Origin: Centroscyllium fabricii
Taxonomy: Eukaryota
DNA: 64,000 nucleotides
Assembly (NCBI GenBank): GCA_051313645.2
Contig: JBNRSN020000005.1
Span: 304,854,001-304,918,000, forward strand
Reading direction: 5' to 3'
Shown: in pieces, positions 23,432 through 36,340 of the stretch
Layout: each line of letters opens with the position of its first letter
How positions within the stretch are numbered: the first letter of the stretch is position 1
The notes under the pieces: model-generated
What the model was told of the DNA's origin: nothing
The model's input: only the letters and a program-made list of their open reading frames with translations
The model's database searches: none
Position numbers and translations under genes: made by a program

Positions 23432-24700
23432 TATCGCACCAGGCTAAACTGAAGCAGCTTTGGAAATCTTCTGTTCAAAGTAGTCTCGCATGTGTTAAAA
23501 AAAAAAGACAACCTCATTTTGTTAATTTAAGTTTTTATTGAACCAATGCAGAAGTGGTGCTCCAGTAAGCTCCATTAATAACGAGCTTTCCTTTGCAATG
23601 GAATTCTCTTTGAATAAAAAGCTTAAAATGTCTCCGCGTCCTTCCACTGTAACTGTTGGCTTTTGATCTCATGAAGCTCCTCGTGTCTGCAAGTTAATTG
23701 CAAGAGACTTTTATCTATATTTTGTGATATCTTTTGTACACCGATTACAGTGAACCAGTTTAGAGGCCCGGTGTCATCAGGAATTTAAACTCCTGTGGCC
23801 TCCTGGGCTGTAGCAGCGTATTGGGAAGTGACGGGACATTTACAATGGCATCTGCAGGCGGCAGCTCGAGTTTCAGTACCGGGGAGAAACTATTTAGACA
23901 ACAAAATACATGACTGACGATCGCGCACATCCTCTCTATACTGTTCTGTCTCCAGTGCGACTGTAGTCATTTTTATGGGACCTGTCTGGGGTGCGACTCT
24001 TAATGTGAATGAAAGGTGGTTCCTTTGGGGGGAAAAATGTGTTGTGGGGTGTTTAAAAAAAAAAAAAATAGAAAAAAAAATTATAATAGCAAACGTGGAA
24101 GTTTTCAAACTTTTTGTTTTAGAGCCTTATTTTTTCATTTAGGTAAACAGGAGTCAGTAGTTAGGACAGTCACAACTGTTTCCTTTGCAGTACGGACAGA
24201 AAAAGAAGGAAATACAATAGTTGGTGGTGGGGGAGGGGGCGTGGCTGGCCATAATTCTTGGCTGTTTCACAATTTCCTCTCACTCTATCACAGTTTATAG
24301 TGTAAAATGAATTTGGATTTTTAATTGAAGCAATGTGGAAGTGAAGAACTCGTATACCTTGCTAAAGCTGTCTCTTGTAACATCTGTGAATCTTTCGTTC
24401 CACCCCATTTCTATACAAATGTCTCAGTTGCCCAGCTCCCCTAAAGGTAAAGCTGACCTTTTTGGGTTGACTTTCTCCAGCTCTGTTCTTGATGATCTTC
24501 GTGAGGGGCCTTTCCACCGTTGATCCATTCTGCTCAGCCACTACGCCTGACATCGTATCTTACTCCTCCTAGTTTCACTTGCTTCTCCATTGTCTGGTGT
24601 CCAGTAAGACTGCTGGTCCTAATAGTATCCCTTCCCACATTCTCAAGATGCGTGCTTCCGAACTTCTCCAGTGCCCTACACTGTTTCATCAATCCCTCTT

Positions 24701-26257
24701 CAATTCAATTCAAGTTTTATTGTCATTGCAGAGTACGAGTACAATACAACGAAACGAAGACTCGTCGCTCCCGAGAGTGGTGCAAATAAGTTACATACAA
24801 TTGCATACAGTAAAGTACATTTCAGGTGTGCAGATACTGGAGTTTTTTGTTGGAGTTCAGGAGGCTGACAGCCCTGGGGAAGAAGCTGTTCTTGAATCTA
24901 GTCGTGCGGGTGCGAATTGATCTGTAGCATCTCCCGGAGGGCAGGGGGGCGAACAGACTGTGGCTGGGGTGTGTGGGGTCTTTAATAATGTTCAGAGACC
25001 TCCGTAAGCAGCGTTTGAGGTAGGAGCGTTCGATTGACGGTAGCTGAGTGCCGGTGATTCGTTGGGCAGTTTTGACTACCTGCTGCAGGGCCATCTGGTC
25101 CGAGATGGTGCAGTTACCATACCAGACTGTGATGCAGCTTGTCAGTATGCTTTAGATTGTGCAGCGGTGGAAGTTGGTGAGGATGCCGGATGACAGCTTG
25201 GCTTTTTTCAGCTTCCTTAGGAAGTACAGGCGCTGTTGGGCCGCCTTAATCAGAGAGGAGGTGTTTAGTGACCAGGAGAGGTCTTCCGAGATGTGGACCC
25301 CGAGGAACTTGAAGCTGGACACCCTTTCCACCTCAGCCCCTTGGATGAAGATGGGGGTGTGTCTTCTGCTTTTAGTCTTCCGGAAGTCCACTATGATCTC
25401 CTTGGCTTTCTTGGTGTTCAGTGCCAGGTTGTTATCGGCGCACCATCCCACAAGACGCTGAATCTCATCCCTGTAGGCTGACTCATCGTTGTTGGTGATC
25501 TGGCCAACCACCGTGGTGTCGTCCGCACACTTGATGATCGTGTTGGAGCCGTGGACAGCCGCACAGCCGTGGGTGAAGAGGGAGTAGAGGAGGGGGCTCA
25601 GCACACAGCCTTGTGGGGCCCCCGTGTTCAGGGTAATGGGGTGGGGGGGGGAAGGTGAGGTTGCCTAACTTCACAGACTGTGGTCTGTTGGTTGGGAAGT
25701 CCAGGATCCAGTGGCAGAGGGAGGTGTTCAGGCCGAGGGAGAGGAGTTTGTTGGACAATTTGCTGGGGACGATAGTGTTGAATGCTGAGCTGTAGTCAAT
25801 AAGCAGCATTCTGATATACGTATCTTTGCTATCCAGGTGGTTTAGTGAAGAGCCGTAGTGATTGCATCATCCGTTGATCTGTTTCCTCGATAGGCGAACT
25901 GATATTGGTCCAGGGTGGCGGGGACGCTGGCTTTGATGTGGGCCAGGACCAGCCGTTCAAAACGCTTCATGATTATGGGTGTGAGTGCGGCAGGGCGGTA
26001 GTCGTTCAGGCACGTCACGGCCGTTTTCTTGTGCACAGGGATGTTGGTGGCGGTCTTGAAGCAGGTAGGGACAGCTGCCTTCACCAGTGACAGGTTGAAG
26101 ATGTCGGTGAAGACCTCAGCCAGTTGGTCAGCACAGTCTTTGAGTGCCCGGCTGGGCATGCCGTCAGGACCCGCGGCCTTCCGTGCGTTCACTCCACGTA
26201 GAGCACCTCTAATGTCGGAGGAAAGTGTTGGTGGCTGGTCTTCCGGAGATTGCAAGA
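24701..26257 (-). mobile_element. Rex1/Babar LINE, 5'-truncated, disrupted
   Basis: [52 protein letters not shown] and RFKNSFFPRAV; (TTGAA)n tail; TTCAAT at both junctions. Confidence 0.92.
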
Positions 26258-26824
26258 TTCAATGTCCGTCTATCTATATCGTGGAAATTTGCTTGTATTC
26301 ATCCTGTCCCGAAGAAAGATGATCTGCATTAGCTTTCTAACTATAGCCCATTTCCCCATACTTATTAAAGCTACAGAAGCTGCTGTTAGTTCTCAAATTA
26401 TTGTTTCTTCTACACGTCTCGAACAAGTCTAATCAACAGCTGCCACCTGATGACTTTGACTTCATCACGAGTTCTTCGTCTATCAGCAGATTTGATCTGG
26501 GTAACTCTGGTGTCAATTAGGCTTTTCCATCTCGACTCCATTGCTACAGCTGCCTCCAAGACACCCTTTTACTTTTTTGTGCTCCGGCTCTTTGCGTCTC
26601 GCCAGTTAACTGTCTGTATAGCCCGAGCCCATCCAAGATTTGAATGCTGTCTCTGTCTCCGAGGCTTTTCTAGCACCTCTTGTTTTATCCTGTCCAGGAA
26701 TGCAAGAAAAACAAGTGTTAGTTGATCAGTGATTTCACACTTGCCTCCACCTTTTCTCATTGCAAACTTTCTTTCTCTCTTTTATTGATCCTTCTATGGC
26801 CAGATCCTCTCTTGTTCCCCATAA

Positions 26825-27511
26825 GCCCCGCTTTCACTGGAGGCTACGAATTCCCGATTTCTCCCGAATCTGAAATTTGTCCGATTCGTGGGTAATTCTT
26901 GCAATTCGTAAACGATTCGTGGTTGATTCGTGGTTGATTCGTAGATGATTCGTAGAGTTCGCGTAAGTTCGCGTGATTTCTTTGATTTTTCAAGAAAGTT
27001 TTTGTTTGTCAAAAAATTTCGTGGGAGGGTTAACGAATGTCCAATTCGTGATAGATTCCTAAACAATTCGTGACCCTTTCTTATCGTTCTTAACCCTTTC
27101 TTATCCTTCTTAACCGTTTCTTAATCGCTTCTTCTGCATTCTTGTCTATTCTTGGGCATTCTTGACTCCCTCAAATTCGTGGACCCACGCCGAATACATC
27201 ACGAAACAGGCACGAATGTCCATGAATCAGGTACGAATCAAGTACGAATCGGTCATAGTGGATTCGTACAGTAATTCGGCACATTCGTAAGTGAGTTCGT
27301 TAAATTCTTACCTGATTCTTTGAATTCGTACTTGTTTCTTAAACCATTCTTGACATTCGGCACGAATAATTCGTAATCAATTCGTAGTGGATTCGTAGCT
27401 CCTCCCGAATCCACCACGAATTTTCACATTTTTTTGCCGAATCGCCACGAATTTCAATACGTGACGATTCTTGATATTCTTGATATTCTTAGCCTCCAGT
27501 GAAAGCGGGGC
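26825..27511. mobile_element. PIF/Harbinger-like non-autonomous DNA transposon
   Basis: Perfect 22-bp TIR GCCCCGCTTTCACTGGAGGCTA; ATAA at both junctions; no transposase ORF. The superfamily call is tentative. Confidence 0.8.
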
Positions 27512-29900
27512 ATAAGCTGCGAGCACACCATCTTAGTTTTTCTCCCCCTAACATCCCTGCTATGTTGAGATTTATTGCTTAATCTCCTCTTAACTCGCCT
27601 TTTTTCCCCCAGGGCCTCAAAACTATGGAACTCCTAAACCTCCCTTAGTTTCCCCCCCGACCAACAATGTTTAGGCTTTTGAAACCCAAGCTTGGCACCA
27701 CCTATTCATTGTTTCTTGATTTACTTTGTCCTCTGTTTTACTTTCTCAAGCTTGATGGTATCTTTTTTATGCGTCCTGGCCCTTCACTTTAGTCCCTTAA
27801 CATGCTATATATATCCTCCAAATTTTGAAATCTACTGAACAAAGTGAGTTTTGTTTACTTTGATTGCATTATCTTCAGTAGTTTAAGGTGATAAATGAGT
27901 GGAATTGTCCCAAAAAATCTTTTCATTGATTTGCTTCTCGTTTGCTACTGTAAACAAGGTTTTGGCTTTGGGCCACTGATTTAAAGTTTGTAAAGGGAGT
28001 GAATAAAGAGCAAAACACGCAAGTATGTCTAGACTTCCATCATCACTATGAAACATTGTGTGCGGACCTGCCTTGTGGGGCTGCACCTGGCGTCACAAAG
28101 CGTACTTCATTTAGGAATGACATGAGATTTAACAATAGCTCTAACAATAGTCGTGTAACTCACTCTTCCTGCTCGTCCCGACAGAAAATCATGGCTGTGT
28201 TGACGGGGCCTGTAGCAAACATTCAGGGATGAAGACCTGGTGCGAGTATGTTTGATTAAAAAATATATGAAATATTATTTGAGATTGACCTGGAGGATTG
28301 AGGGTTTATATGTCACATGAGAAGAATTGTTTAAATTAGGCCAATTAATTGGAAGTTTTGTGCATTTGTGAGTTCAGAAATCATTCTTTTAACAAGATGC
28401 AGTTATTGTTCTCTATCTGTTAGAAAGTCTCGAACTGTACGCTTTTTGTTGTACTAGCTAACTTCTGATAAAAGAAAGTTGTTTCTTGACGTGGTACATA
28501 AATGAGAGCAACTGGATAATCCATTTATTTGTCTGTAGAACAAATAAGACTTTTTCTGAGCATTCTATACCACCTCAAGTCTCTCCTCCACCGTACTCTT
28601 GTCGTATAGGGACACATAGAATGGAGTGACTTTGTTGGCATTGTGGCCAGCAGACTTCACGTTGCAGTTACTCATGTTTTAGTGTCTTTGATGGAAAGCA
28701 TGAAGTTTTGTTTAATATTTACTGCCTTTTGCTGGTTCAAGTCAATCCAGTTCAAGCTCTTACCAATTCTAAATTGTTGTCTTAGCCTGATCCCACTCTC
28801 TATCTTTCTCGTTCTCGCTGAGTTGACAGTAAGATAATGTCAAGCTTAATGTGATCTACAGGACAGAGGTCAAGGGTGAACACAGAGGTCCTCCGCAAAC
28901 ATTCATTTATATGTCATCAGCACCAGTACTTGTCAGATCAGCATCCATTTAAAAGAGCTTAAATTGACAGTTGACGAGAGACCCTTTTATGGGAGTTTAA
29001 GAAAGTATTTGTTGGAACTGAAAAAAACCGCAGAAACAAAAAAAAAACTTGTCGGTAGCACCAAAGTTACTTGAAAAATCTCTCCTAATTACTACCATTT
29101 CAATGTCATTTTGACAAGACCTTTAAGCCAGTGTGTTCTCTTTTTAAAATGTATCTGTCTATTGTGGTTCTTCAAATATTCAGTACCTATCATTCAGTGA
29201 AACATTCTACAAGCAAGGCAGGGGCTTTGGGCACTGACACGGGGCCAGGACCGGGGGGCAACAGTGAATGATTCTAGCAGCCTTTGCATTTTTTTCTGCT
29301 GCATCTGAATAAGTATATTCAATAGAGTTATGGTGGTGCAGGAGGCGGTGGTAATGTAACACCTGTCTGTGTTATAGCTTGGAAGCGCTCCAGTATTGGT
29401 CCTGAGGGAAGCAGAGCTGTGAATTGAGGAGAAAATCCTCTCCAGGGCAAATTTCAGTAAAAATGTAACTTCAATATTATGCAGCTGTTTTGAATAGAAA
29501 AAAAGCCTTTACAGATGTGAATTCTTGCACCCTCCCTATCTCTCCTCTCTCCACCATCACCCCCCCCCCCCCCTGCAAAGAAACGGGAATGCACTTCACA
29601 GTCGATGAATGTAAAGAGAGATGGGGAGAAAGGAGCCTGCAAAAGCGCGTCTATTGCAATGGGGGTGATTATTGAAGAAGCAGAATTGAAAAAGGATTGA
29701 ATACATGTAAAACATTTTAAATGGTGGGTTAACCCTGGGGTTGGATTACCATATATCATCGATTTGAAGATTCTTTTAAAGTTTCATTAAAAGCTTTAAC
29801 TAATTGCGGATGGTCACTATCTTCCATTTAAAAAGTAGAAAAATAGAATATTCGGTTCCTACTGTGCATACTCTGCAGTTAGTATATTTGTTTCCAAATA

Positions 29901-30431
29901 CAGGTTGAGCACCGTTAATCGGGCACGGGCGGGACCAGGCCCGTGCCGGGAAATGGAAAAAACCGGGAGAACGAGTTTGGACACTGCGCATGCACGCCAG
30001 TCAAAATGGCCGCGCGCATGCACGCAGCATTGCGATTGGCTGGCGCGCACATGCGCAGATCGGGCCCGGGTCCGCCGTCCCTCTCCATCGCCTTTGGGGT
30101 TGCTGCTGCCGCCGAGCGGGACTCAGGCTGACAGCTGTTGCCTAGTGACTGTCCGCCTCAGTCACGGGGCTCAGCTATCGAGAAAATAACGGGCGGCCGT
30201 ATTGAATTATCTGCGCATGCGCTAACCGTCCGGTGATGCATGCGCAGATCATTCAAAACACCCGCAGCTGTTTTGAATGATCTGCGCATGCGCTTGGCGC
30301 ATGCGCAGATCATTCGCTGAAGCCACGATGGGGGCTGCCATTTTGCGCATGCGCAGTGCAGTCGGGACAATTTGTGCCGGCAGACTGAAGCTGCCGGCTA
30401 TTCGGGACACGGATTAACGGTGCTCAACCTG
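29901..30431. mobile_element. MITE (CAGGTTGAG family)
   Basis: TA|CAGGTTGAGCACCGTTAATC ... GATTAACGGTGCTCAACCTG|TA. Confidence 0.92.
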
Positions 30432-31139
30432 TAGTTTTGGAAAGATATGCTATCTTTTAGTTTCTCTTTCTCCTCCTCCTCCTTATGGGTGCCCAGAGTC
30501 TCACATCACCTGAAGCCAGGAGGATAGAGTGAACGAGCAGGGTTCGCCACTTGAGCTGGTTGCTAGAAGGTATGAGAGGCACGTGACTGCTGTCCAGTCA
30601 GTTTGCCCTTCCCCCCCTTTGTAGGGAAACACCTGACATTTGCTTTGTGCTTGTCTATAACAGTACTGCTGGGATTAGTAACTGAGAACAGTGCAAATCT
30701 GGAACTTCGTGATAACAAGTTCAGGGTATGCTGCTTGTGTTTATTTTTTTGGGGGGGGGTGGTGGATTGCTCTTTGACGGTTGGTTTGTCATCATGTAGT
30801 CCCTTGAATGAGACTTTTATTTTCTATATAGGTTCTTTTTCTTTTAAACCATTGAAATATTTGATAGCCCAATAATAATGGTCTTTAAAACTGGCTGGCT
30901 GTAGCTTTGAATCCAGAGTTGCTGAACACGCCATTCTAGCTGCTATGAACAAACTGTTATTAATAAAAGGTAGTAAAGTATCTCCAGATATGCCTGAATA
31001 GGTGGAAATTTTACTTTCTCCTAACCTTTCTCAGAAAGGTGTAGTCCTGATGGTGTAACGTTAGCAAACCTTCTAAGAACCCAACTGTGTGGTTCCTCTG
31101 ACTCTTGAATTGGTGGTAATTTAGAACAAGAGAAAGAAT

Positions 31140-32310
31140 TGCAACTATACAGTACCCTTCACATCTTGGAGAAATCTCGGCGCTCTTCTCAGCCCATGCA
31201 TTACTTTGAAATGTAGTAACTGTTGCGAAGGCAAATGTGGAAACACAGCAAGATCCCACAAACAGCAACCAGATGAATGTTGATCTGCGTTTGGTGGTAT
31301 TGGTTGAGGGAAAAGTCAGGGCCAAGGCAGCAGAAGGAACTCCCTGCTGTTCCTCATATACAGGTCCGACACCGTCAGGACCAGGCCGGTGCCGGACTAG
31401 TGAAAAATCCCAACGACTGAAACTTCGGCGAGCGCATGCGCAGACCATCCAAAATGGCCACCGCGCATGCGCAAACCATTTAAAATGGCCGCCACGCATT
31501 TACCCCAGGTTTAGAGTTAATGTGGAGATATATTGATATTTAGTGATATTTACCTCAAGTTTGCCGATAATTTTGAATAATTTGAGTTTTTTTTATTACC
31601 TCTGGGTGCTCCCGCCGCTCACCAGGCCCGAGACGAATTCTTCCATCTGATGCCTGACCGCCATTTTGGTTGAGACTTCCCACCCGCCTCGGCCTTGGCC
31701 AATCATAGCAGCCGCTGCCCATTCCAGCCAATCGAGAGCGGCGGCGTCTGGCGTTAAGCTGGGGGGCGGGGCTTCGAGTGTCATGGGGCCATTGGGAAAC
31801 CGAGGTTGGATTTGGAGGTGTGTGTCTGATGGCCATCTTTGTATAGGGAACGTATGTACTCTTGGTGAGCATGGTGGGGGGCATCTTTGTAAAGGGAAGG
31901 GCGAATGGCGTCATGCCGGCAACCCAGCCAAACGTTGACAGAATGGCATGCAAAGTGACGGTGGCCATCTTGGTAAAGGCGCCCAAAGCCTGGAAGGAAA
32001 AGGAAAACTTGCGATTCGGCAGCGCCTTTCACCACCTCAGGCCGTCCCAAAGCGCTTGACAGCCAATGCGCATGCGCAGACCAGTCGGGGAGAGGGCCGG
32101 ACGACTGAAGTTTCCAGATTAACGGTGTCCGGATTACTGGTGCCGGACCTGTAGTTGCATGGGATCTTGACTGTTTACCTGAACACCAGAACAGGCAGAT
32201 CTCTGTTTAACATCCCACCTGGAAGACAGCACCTCCTGTAGTACCGCATTGGACTGTTGGCTACATTATGTGTTGAAGTCTTGGGAGTGGGGCTTCAGTG
32301 CAACTACCAC
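31140..32310 (-). mobile_element. Deu-domain SINE (SacSINE1/AmnSINE-like) interrupted by a MITE
   Basis: CACAGCAAGATCCCACAAACAGCAA..TTGGTTGAGGGA..GAACTCCCTGCT, then the MITE, then CATGGGATCTT..TTTAACATCCCACCTGGAAGACAGCACCTCC. Confidence 0.7.
31361..32151. mobile_element. MITE, CAGGTCCG terminal variant with a promoter-like core
   Basis: TA|CAGGTCCGACACC ... GGTGCCGGACCTG|TA; subterminal blocks are shared with the CAGGTTGAG family. Confidence 0.85.
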
Positions 32311-32337
32311 CGAACAAAGCTGATAAAGAAAGAAATG

Positions 32338-33040
32338 GAAGATTTGCATTTATGCAGTGACTTTCACGACTTCAGGATGTCACAAAACGCTTTACAGCTA
32401 ATGAAGTACTTCATGAACTGTGGTCACTGTTGTAATGTAAGAAACGCGGCAGCCTATTTGCGTTCTGCAAGGTCCCCCAAACAACAGTGTGATCATCTTT
32501 ATTCGTGGTGTTGCTTGAGGGACAAATATCAGCCAAGACATTGCTCTCCTTTGAAATAGTGCCATTGGATGTTTTATGTGCACCTGAGAGGGAAGACGGA
32601 GTCTCGGTTTAACACCTCATCTGAAGGACCGCACCGCCATCAGTGCTGTACTCCCTCAGTACAGGAAACTCTTTGCTATCCGGCACTGATGGGACCGGGA
32701 TGGTGCCGGTTGATTAACAATTCTGGATAACGAAGAAGGGACATTCAGTGACCCAAGGTACGCGAGCCCCGTTCCACAGCCGCGAGTGCTGGAGGCCCCG
32801 TTCCACAGCCGCAGGTACAGGGGACCAGGTTACACTGCAAAAGGTCCAAATATACAGTATAGAGAAGCCTCAAAACCGACTCCAAAATTTTGACGATTAT
32901 TAGAGAATTCCGGATAATAAGGTACCGTTTAAACGAGAGTTTCCTGTATTGCATTGGAGTATCAGCTGAGTTTTTGTGCTCAAGTCTCTGGGACCCACAA
33001 CCATCTGACTCATAGGTGAGCTTGCTCCCCACTGAGCCAC
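32338..33040 (-). mobile_element. Deu-domain SINE, near full length, interrupted by a MITE
   Basis: TTGCATTTATGCAGTGACTTTCACGAC tail, GTCACTGTTGTAATGTAAGAAACGCGGCAGCC and CACCTGAGAGGG..CTCGGTTTAAC body, tRNA-like head ending ACTGAGCCAC. Confidence 0.8.
32662..32946. mobile_element. MITE (CAGGAAACTC family)
   Basis: TA|CAGGAAACTC ... GAGTTTCCTG|TA; its removal restores the SINE sequence CTCAGTA|TTGCATTGG. Confidence 0.9.
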
Positions 33041-33934
33041 TTTCTTTACATTTATCATCTGGCCCATTGGAGATAGGAATTTAATATTTTCCTGACAGAT
33101 GGTTGGTGGCACAGTTAATCCAACAGCAGCTCCCAAGGCGCACAGGAAAGTGGGTCTCTGGAACTCCGGAGAGACTGCACCATTTACATTTGAGAATGGT
33201 GGTGTTGGTGATTGACGGCAGCCTCCGAAAGTTAAACTGCTTTTAGTTAATTCATAATTGTTAGTAAAGGGACAGGCTAGAATTACCATGGGCCCACACC
33301 AGCGGTTGTAGCCCATAATTGGCACGAGTTAACCAATACTTAAGAAAGCTGCTTAGAGATGTCTGCATACTGTGAAAGCCTCTTCCTCTCTGGAAGTAAT
33401 TACATTTTTTTTTAGTGCAAACACTGGATTCTGGCCTAAGTGCTTGTTAATCGACACTGAGGCCTGAAGAGTATGGATTACAGAAGCAAAGCATGCTTCG
33501 TTTGTGGTGTTCTTGCTTTCATACAAAATACATGGTGGATTCTCATGTAAATTGTGGTTTTACAAAGGTTTTGGTGGAAATATTTAGCAGGGTAAACACA
33601 AGACAGTTCCCGAACGGAGAGAAATTCTCGCTGTTAACAGAAACCTCATCCTGGAACATCGGAGCAATATTCAGCAATAAAGAAATTTCAGGCTTAAAGT
33701 TAAATAACCAAAGCCTGCTGTTTGACAAAGTGGGAATATTTAGCTGTGCGATGCAAAAAAAGATGCAATATTTTGTACATTTAAAAAAAAAAAGATAGGC
33801 TTGAAAGATTTCCTGTTAAGATACTCCTGCCAGTGGTATCTGTATCATTGCTGTAATGTTAAATAAATGCTGTACAGATTGGTTTTAAAACTCATGCTGA
33901 GGCAGTAGCAGTTGTAAAGTTAATATTTTTCTTC

Positions 33935-34240
33935 AGTTTTTCCCTCCTCCTCTCCTCTCTTGAAGGCGGCTGGCTACTTGTGCTTGGCTACGGTTCCAAT
34001 GGCATACTGGATGACCTACCGGTAACTGGTAGGTCATCCAAACGGCCGTTCTTGGCATGCTGATAGCGAGATTCAACACCGGGTAACTCTGCTGAATTTG
34101 AGCCTGTCCTCACCCACACACATAGTTTGCAGCAGTGGTAATTGACAGCAGCTCGGAGCCTAAGCCGATCCTTCCTTCCTTCCTAAGCTAGAGGACATGC
34201 TGCCAACTGCATTCTGGATCCTGTGTGGCTCAGCACCGTA
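33935..34240 (-). mobile_element. Ancient SINE-like repeat (related pieces at about 8050-8480, 20790-21000 and 51410-51670)
   Basis: GAGCCTGTCCTCA here versus TGAGGACAGTACAGGGCTC at about 51530, plus a CCTCTCCTCTCTTGAAGGC end. Strongly decayed; family not named. Confidence 0.4.
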
Positions 34241-34268
34241 ATGTTTTATCTTGATTATAATTTAGGGA

Positions 34269-34575
34269 GGCACGGTGGCATAGTGGTTAGCACTGTTGGC
34301 TCACAGCGCCAGGGGCCCGGGTTCAAACCCGGCCTCGGGTGACTATCTGTATGGAGTTTGCACATTCTCCCCGTGTCTGCGTGGGTTTCCTCCGGGTGCT
34401 CCGGTTTCCTCCCACAGTCCAAAGATGTGCGGGTTAGGCTGATTGGCCAGGATAAATTGACCCTTAGTGTTAGGGGGATTGAATATGTGGAGTTACGGGG
34501 ATAGGGTGGGATATGTGTCGGTGCAGGCTCGATGGGCCGAAATGGCCTCTATCTGCACTGTACGGATTCTATGAT
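34269..34575 (+). mobile_element. HE1 V-SINE, short-tail variant
   Basis: Canonical head and V-domain; tail GATGGGCCGAAATGGCCTCTATCTGCACTGTACGGATTCTATG. Confidence 0.9.
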
Positions 34576-35393
34576 GCTGATCGATCTCTCGTGGCGTTAC
34601 ACACGGTAAGCCGAGATCAAGTGCAGTATCCAGGTAAAGCAAGGTAAGAAGGTGGGATACCTGGACTTGGGAAGGCATATGGAAGGGGAGACGGCGAGGG
34701 GGGTGGGGTGAGGGAGAAGAGAGGGATGGGGAAGAAGGATGGGTGGCACTGGTTGATTTTCTTTTTCATATTGTTCCTCATGGGGGTGGGGGGGGGTGGG
34801 AGGCTGCAGTGAGCCAGAGATCATTTTCTTCAAAGTGGAGGAAGGGGAGTTGCATGAAACACATTTCCGTCTCCATTTGAAGTGGCGGAGGGGGAGGGGA
34901 GGTGAGGTGCTGTGCGGTGCACAGAATAGCGGTTTCCTTCTCGAAGGTTAGCTTTCAGTTAGGATATTTGGGGTGTTTTTAGGACAGGCACTCGGTGAGA
35001 TTTTACCCATCGCTTCAAGGTCATAACTATTTTTAAAGTTCACTGCGCTTTGTGCCAGGGTCGTTTAAATGAGGGCCTGATTCAGAAGGCGCTTTCTGCT
35101 GCTACTTGCTGCTTCAACTGAAAATGTGCCTTTGGAGTTACAGCGGGGCTAAATTATTTGGTGGTTAGATGAAGTTTAACCTGGCTGGAGAATTTTGGAG
35201 CTCATTTTGGGGAAGGGGATCTTGAACATTTTTTTTAAAATTGCGGCTTCTCAATGTCTGGAGGGTGGAAGGAGCGTTCAGCAACCTGTCGTGTAAAGTT
35301 AGGGGTTGTCCTGCTTATTGGGTCACATAACGTGATGCTCAAGCAGATGCAATTCCATTGGAATATTGCAGATAGTCACTGCTTTAATATATA

Positions 35394-35767
35394 CAGGTTG
35401 AGCACCGGTAATCCGGCACCCGATGGTCCGGCAGCTTCAGTGGTTCGGCACGATTGGAAACCGTTCCTCTGCATTTTGCGGAGCAGCGGCTTGGCGGCGC
35501 CACCATTTCCCGCGAAGGGTGAGCTAGCGCCGAAGGCGTCGGACGTTTGTGTTTTTTTTTTAGGTGTTCTAAGTGTTCTATCCCCGGGCTCACTCCCGGG
35601 GAGTGCTCTACCACGCGTTCCTGGCCCCGGGCAGTGTTCTACCGCGCGCTCCGGGCCCCGGGGAGTGGTCTACCGCGCGCTTCCCCCGAACCTTCAGTGG
35701 TTCATAATTTTCAGTGGTCCAGCACCGGCCTGGTCCTGAGGGTGCCGGATTAACGGTGCTCAACCTG
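35394..35767. mobile_element. MITE (CAGGTTGAG family, GAGTGTTCTA-repeat subfamily)
   Basis: TA-flanked TIRs; about four internal repeat units. Confidence 0.92.
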
Positions 35768-36340
35768 TAATAGATAAATGAGCTATTGTCGTTGTTTCTC
35801 ATATTTAGAATATATAGTTTGAAAAAATTATTTTGGGTTGGCTGTTTCTTAATTTAGGTTATAGTTATTTAAACAGCATTGCCAACATTTGCAGCTCTCA
35901 AAGGGAGCCCTGACATAAATCCAGGGCGCCTTCACCTCAGCTTCAATGTTGCCTTAACTCTATTACTTGGAGAAACATTCTGTTGAAAATGGCACCATAG
36001 CATTTCACTGGAAAATTCTGTGGGTCCATTGTTAGATGAAGTCATCCAGCTGAGTGTGTTATTTGGTAAAATCATAAAGCAGTGTGAACCTGTTTATTTA
36101 AAGTAAACTGCTCTTGACTTAGTTCTACCTTTCTCTAGTTATCCAGTTTCCCTTCCCTCACCTCATTTTGGTCTAGAAAGAAATTCAGATTTTTCGAGCT
36201 AACTTTTTTTTAGCCAGATACCCATATTGTTTTCAACTTTACCTCCTTTCAGTCTTTTGGTCCCAATCATATCATCCCTTTAGGTTACAGAAGTGATGCA
36301 CATTTCATCTGATTTGCACTTGCAGTTTTCTCCATTCATG

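Larger units (their letters stand above)
24400..27700 (+). mobile_element. Ancient, heavily decayed CR1/L2-group LINE RT split into three pieces
   Basis: SKTAGPNSIPSHILKMRASEL (about 24600), SWKFACIHPVPKKDD..SNYSP (about 26280) and FFPRASKLWNS (about 27600), separated by a Rex1 and a Harbinger-like MITE. Confidence 0.6.
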
